A DNA stretch of 64,000 nucleotides, taken from the NCBI RefSeq assembly GCF_009914755.1, contig NC_060930.1; one strand, given 5' to 3'. Of the stretch, positions 61,312 to 64,000 are shown piece by piece. The notes beneath the pieces are model-generated. The model saw only the letters and a program-made list of their open reading frames with translations, ran no database searches and had not been told where the DNA came from. The stretch comes from the human T2T-CHM13v2.0 reference genome, Homo sapiens. A program made the translations under genes and the position numbers. Each line of letters begins with the position of its first letter. The stretch's first letter is position 1.

Positions 61312-62849
61312 AAACTGCTTCAGTTCTAAAAATAAAAAAGGGTAGGGAGAGAGAGAGGGAACACAGTTATATGTCACCTATCCAGAACCCTTGAGAAATA
61401 CGCATTTCAGGAGCCACTTACAGAATTATTAAAAATCAAATCTGTTGTTAGCCAGCATATTTGAGAGCCTACTGTTTGTTCAGCACTAAGCACTAACATA
61501 TTTTTAATTTTTTTTAACTTGGAGAGAAATTAGTAAAATATTTTACATCTTTTTTTCAATATAGAGCACTAAAAATAGTTTAACCCAGCCTCCTCTTCCA
61601 ACCTTTTTCACATCAGGCATCAATAGCAAATGATTATATTTTTAAAGCACAATTGGGGAAGCCATTATTAGATAAACCAGTGAACCAACCATGTTGCTCC
61701 CCCCAGCAGAGGAGACCAGCCTGGGGACTTCAGCCATGCCCAGTCATCTGAGAAAGCTAACCAGATCAGTTTCTGGACCCACCTATAACTGCACACCATA
61801 GAAGTTCTCCTTTAACCTGTTGATTTGTTTACATTCATTAACAATAGTTCCATACTACGCTGAAATAAAATGGTATTCTCAGAGATACAGCATTTTAACC
61901 CTAAACTAATCAGTCTCCTGATCCCTAGTCCAATGTGTCCTTTATTCTCAACTAGACTGCCTCAACTTGATAAGTTCCTAGTTCCCACCAAAAGTTAGGG
62001 CCAGATTTTGATGTTACAGACTACTTAGCTAAATTGAGTGGACCTTAATATGTGGGAGCCAATATTGATATTTTTTGAGGGAAGACACATACTTTCTAAT
62101 ATAAAAATTTAATCTGATACTTTAAACAGGGACAGATCAAAGATATGGTCACTTTTTTATCCCTCCCAGACATGTTGCATAACTTAATTTTTATAATGGA
62201 TGTGAAATTTTCTAAACGTTACAATGAAATCTTTTTTTTAAAAAGAAGCAGATATAAATTTAAAATTCTTCCAAACAATTAAAAATAAAATTTAATTTGA
62301 AAGAAACATATAAAATAAAACTCTCAGGAAAGAAATTTATAATGGAAGTCATGAGACCAGCAAGTAGAGAATAGCAGTGATACTGGTAAGAGGAGAAAGC
62401 AACATGTACTACATATGAAGCAAGCCAAACTTGATGTTGTAGTATATATGAGGGAATTAATAATTAAAGGTGGCCAATATTTCTCATTGGACTAGAATAA
62501 TAATAGGCTTATAGAATAAAGAATTTAAGAAAGATAGCAAGCAAAATTTTGGAAATAGAATTTGGTGTTAGGCATAGTGCGTATTAAAGTGACACAAAGC
62601 TTTGTGTCAAGGTATCTGGCAAGAAAAGCAGGCCAGAAATTTAGATTTGAGGAGCAGATACAAAAATGATAATTAGAGAGATGAGTAAAGAATAAAATGT
62701 CATATATGCCTGAAAACAAAGTAAGTTTTGTTTTCTCTCCTAAAATTACCCATCAGAAAAGAGAGTGCTGCCTTATATTGAAATCACTAACACAAGATGA
62801 TTTCTCAGTTACTTTATTTGGACTTACTTGGAGAAGATATACTGGCCTG

Positions 62850-63483
<634 letters not shown>

Positions 63484-63801
63484 TAAAATATAACATCTCA
63501 ACTCATTCTATTGGAATTACAGATTTAGCTCATTCAATTTATAGGAAATGTGTGCCATAAAATCCAATTGGCAAAGCCATTTCTCACTGTCATAAACAGT
63601 CAAGTCAAATTGACTTTTTGTCAGAAAAAGTTAGACTTTATATTTTGCTTGGTTTTCCAGAGACTTTTATACCCTAGGGCCATATACCTTAATAAGATCT
63701 GAAGTAGATTGGAGAGATAATATCTTTCTCTTGTAAAGTGGGAAAAAGTCAAGTCACTTTTAGAAAAAAAACACATCTGGAGGTTGGGATCTGGAAATCA
63801 A

Positions 63802-64000
63802 TTTTCTTTTTTTCTTTTTTATTTTTAGAGACAAGCTCTTGCTCTGTCACCTGGGCTGGAGTGCAGTGCTACAGCCATGGCTCACTGCAGCCTGCACCTC
63901 CTGGGCTCAAGGGGTCCTCCCACCTCAGCCTCCTGAGTGAGACTACAGTTATGCAGCACCACACCTGGCTAATTTTCGTAGAGACAGGATCTCACTTCGT
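63802..64000 (-). mobile_element. AluJ, cut by the window edge
   Basis: ctcactgcagcc...ctgggctcaagg..tcctcccacctcagcc. Confidence 0.88.

Overview
Human (primate) genomic DNA, AT-rich and roughly half interspersed repeats, lying entirely inside the FAM135A gene on the + strand. Nine consecutive internal coding exons splice in frame with GT-AG junctions: 11187-11342, 31062-31135, 32516-32670, a giant 2356-bp exon at 32892-35247, 36839-36999, 41708-41799, 42305-42402, 44808-44959 and 46839-46949. They encode a long low-complexity linker and the N-terminal part of a DUF676-type alpha/beta-hydrolase domain (VHGLDG, GHSLG). The first and last exons of the gene are outside the window. The introns hold a full-length antisense L1PA7-like LINE, about 25 Alus, two Tigger1 copies, a full-length HSMAR2, an LTR40, MER elements and old L1/L2/MIR fragments. 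The most unusual signals are: (i) two inverted Tigger1 copies ~30 kb apart that bracket eight exons and share patches of 97-98% identity; (ii) an L1 antisense-promoter splice donor with an ATG in frame with the next FAM135A exon; (iii) a 74-bp orphan retro-insertion with a perfect 14-bp TSD; (iv) in-frame internal acceptors and a DSGVES degron in the giant exon. Repeat family names and consensus comparisons come from recalled consensus sequences, not a database run; repeat boundaries are approximate.
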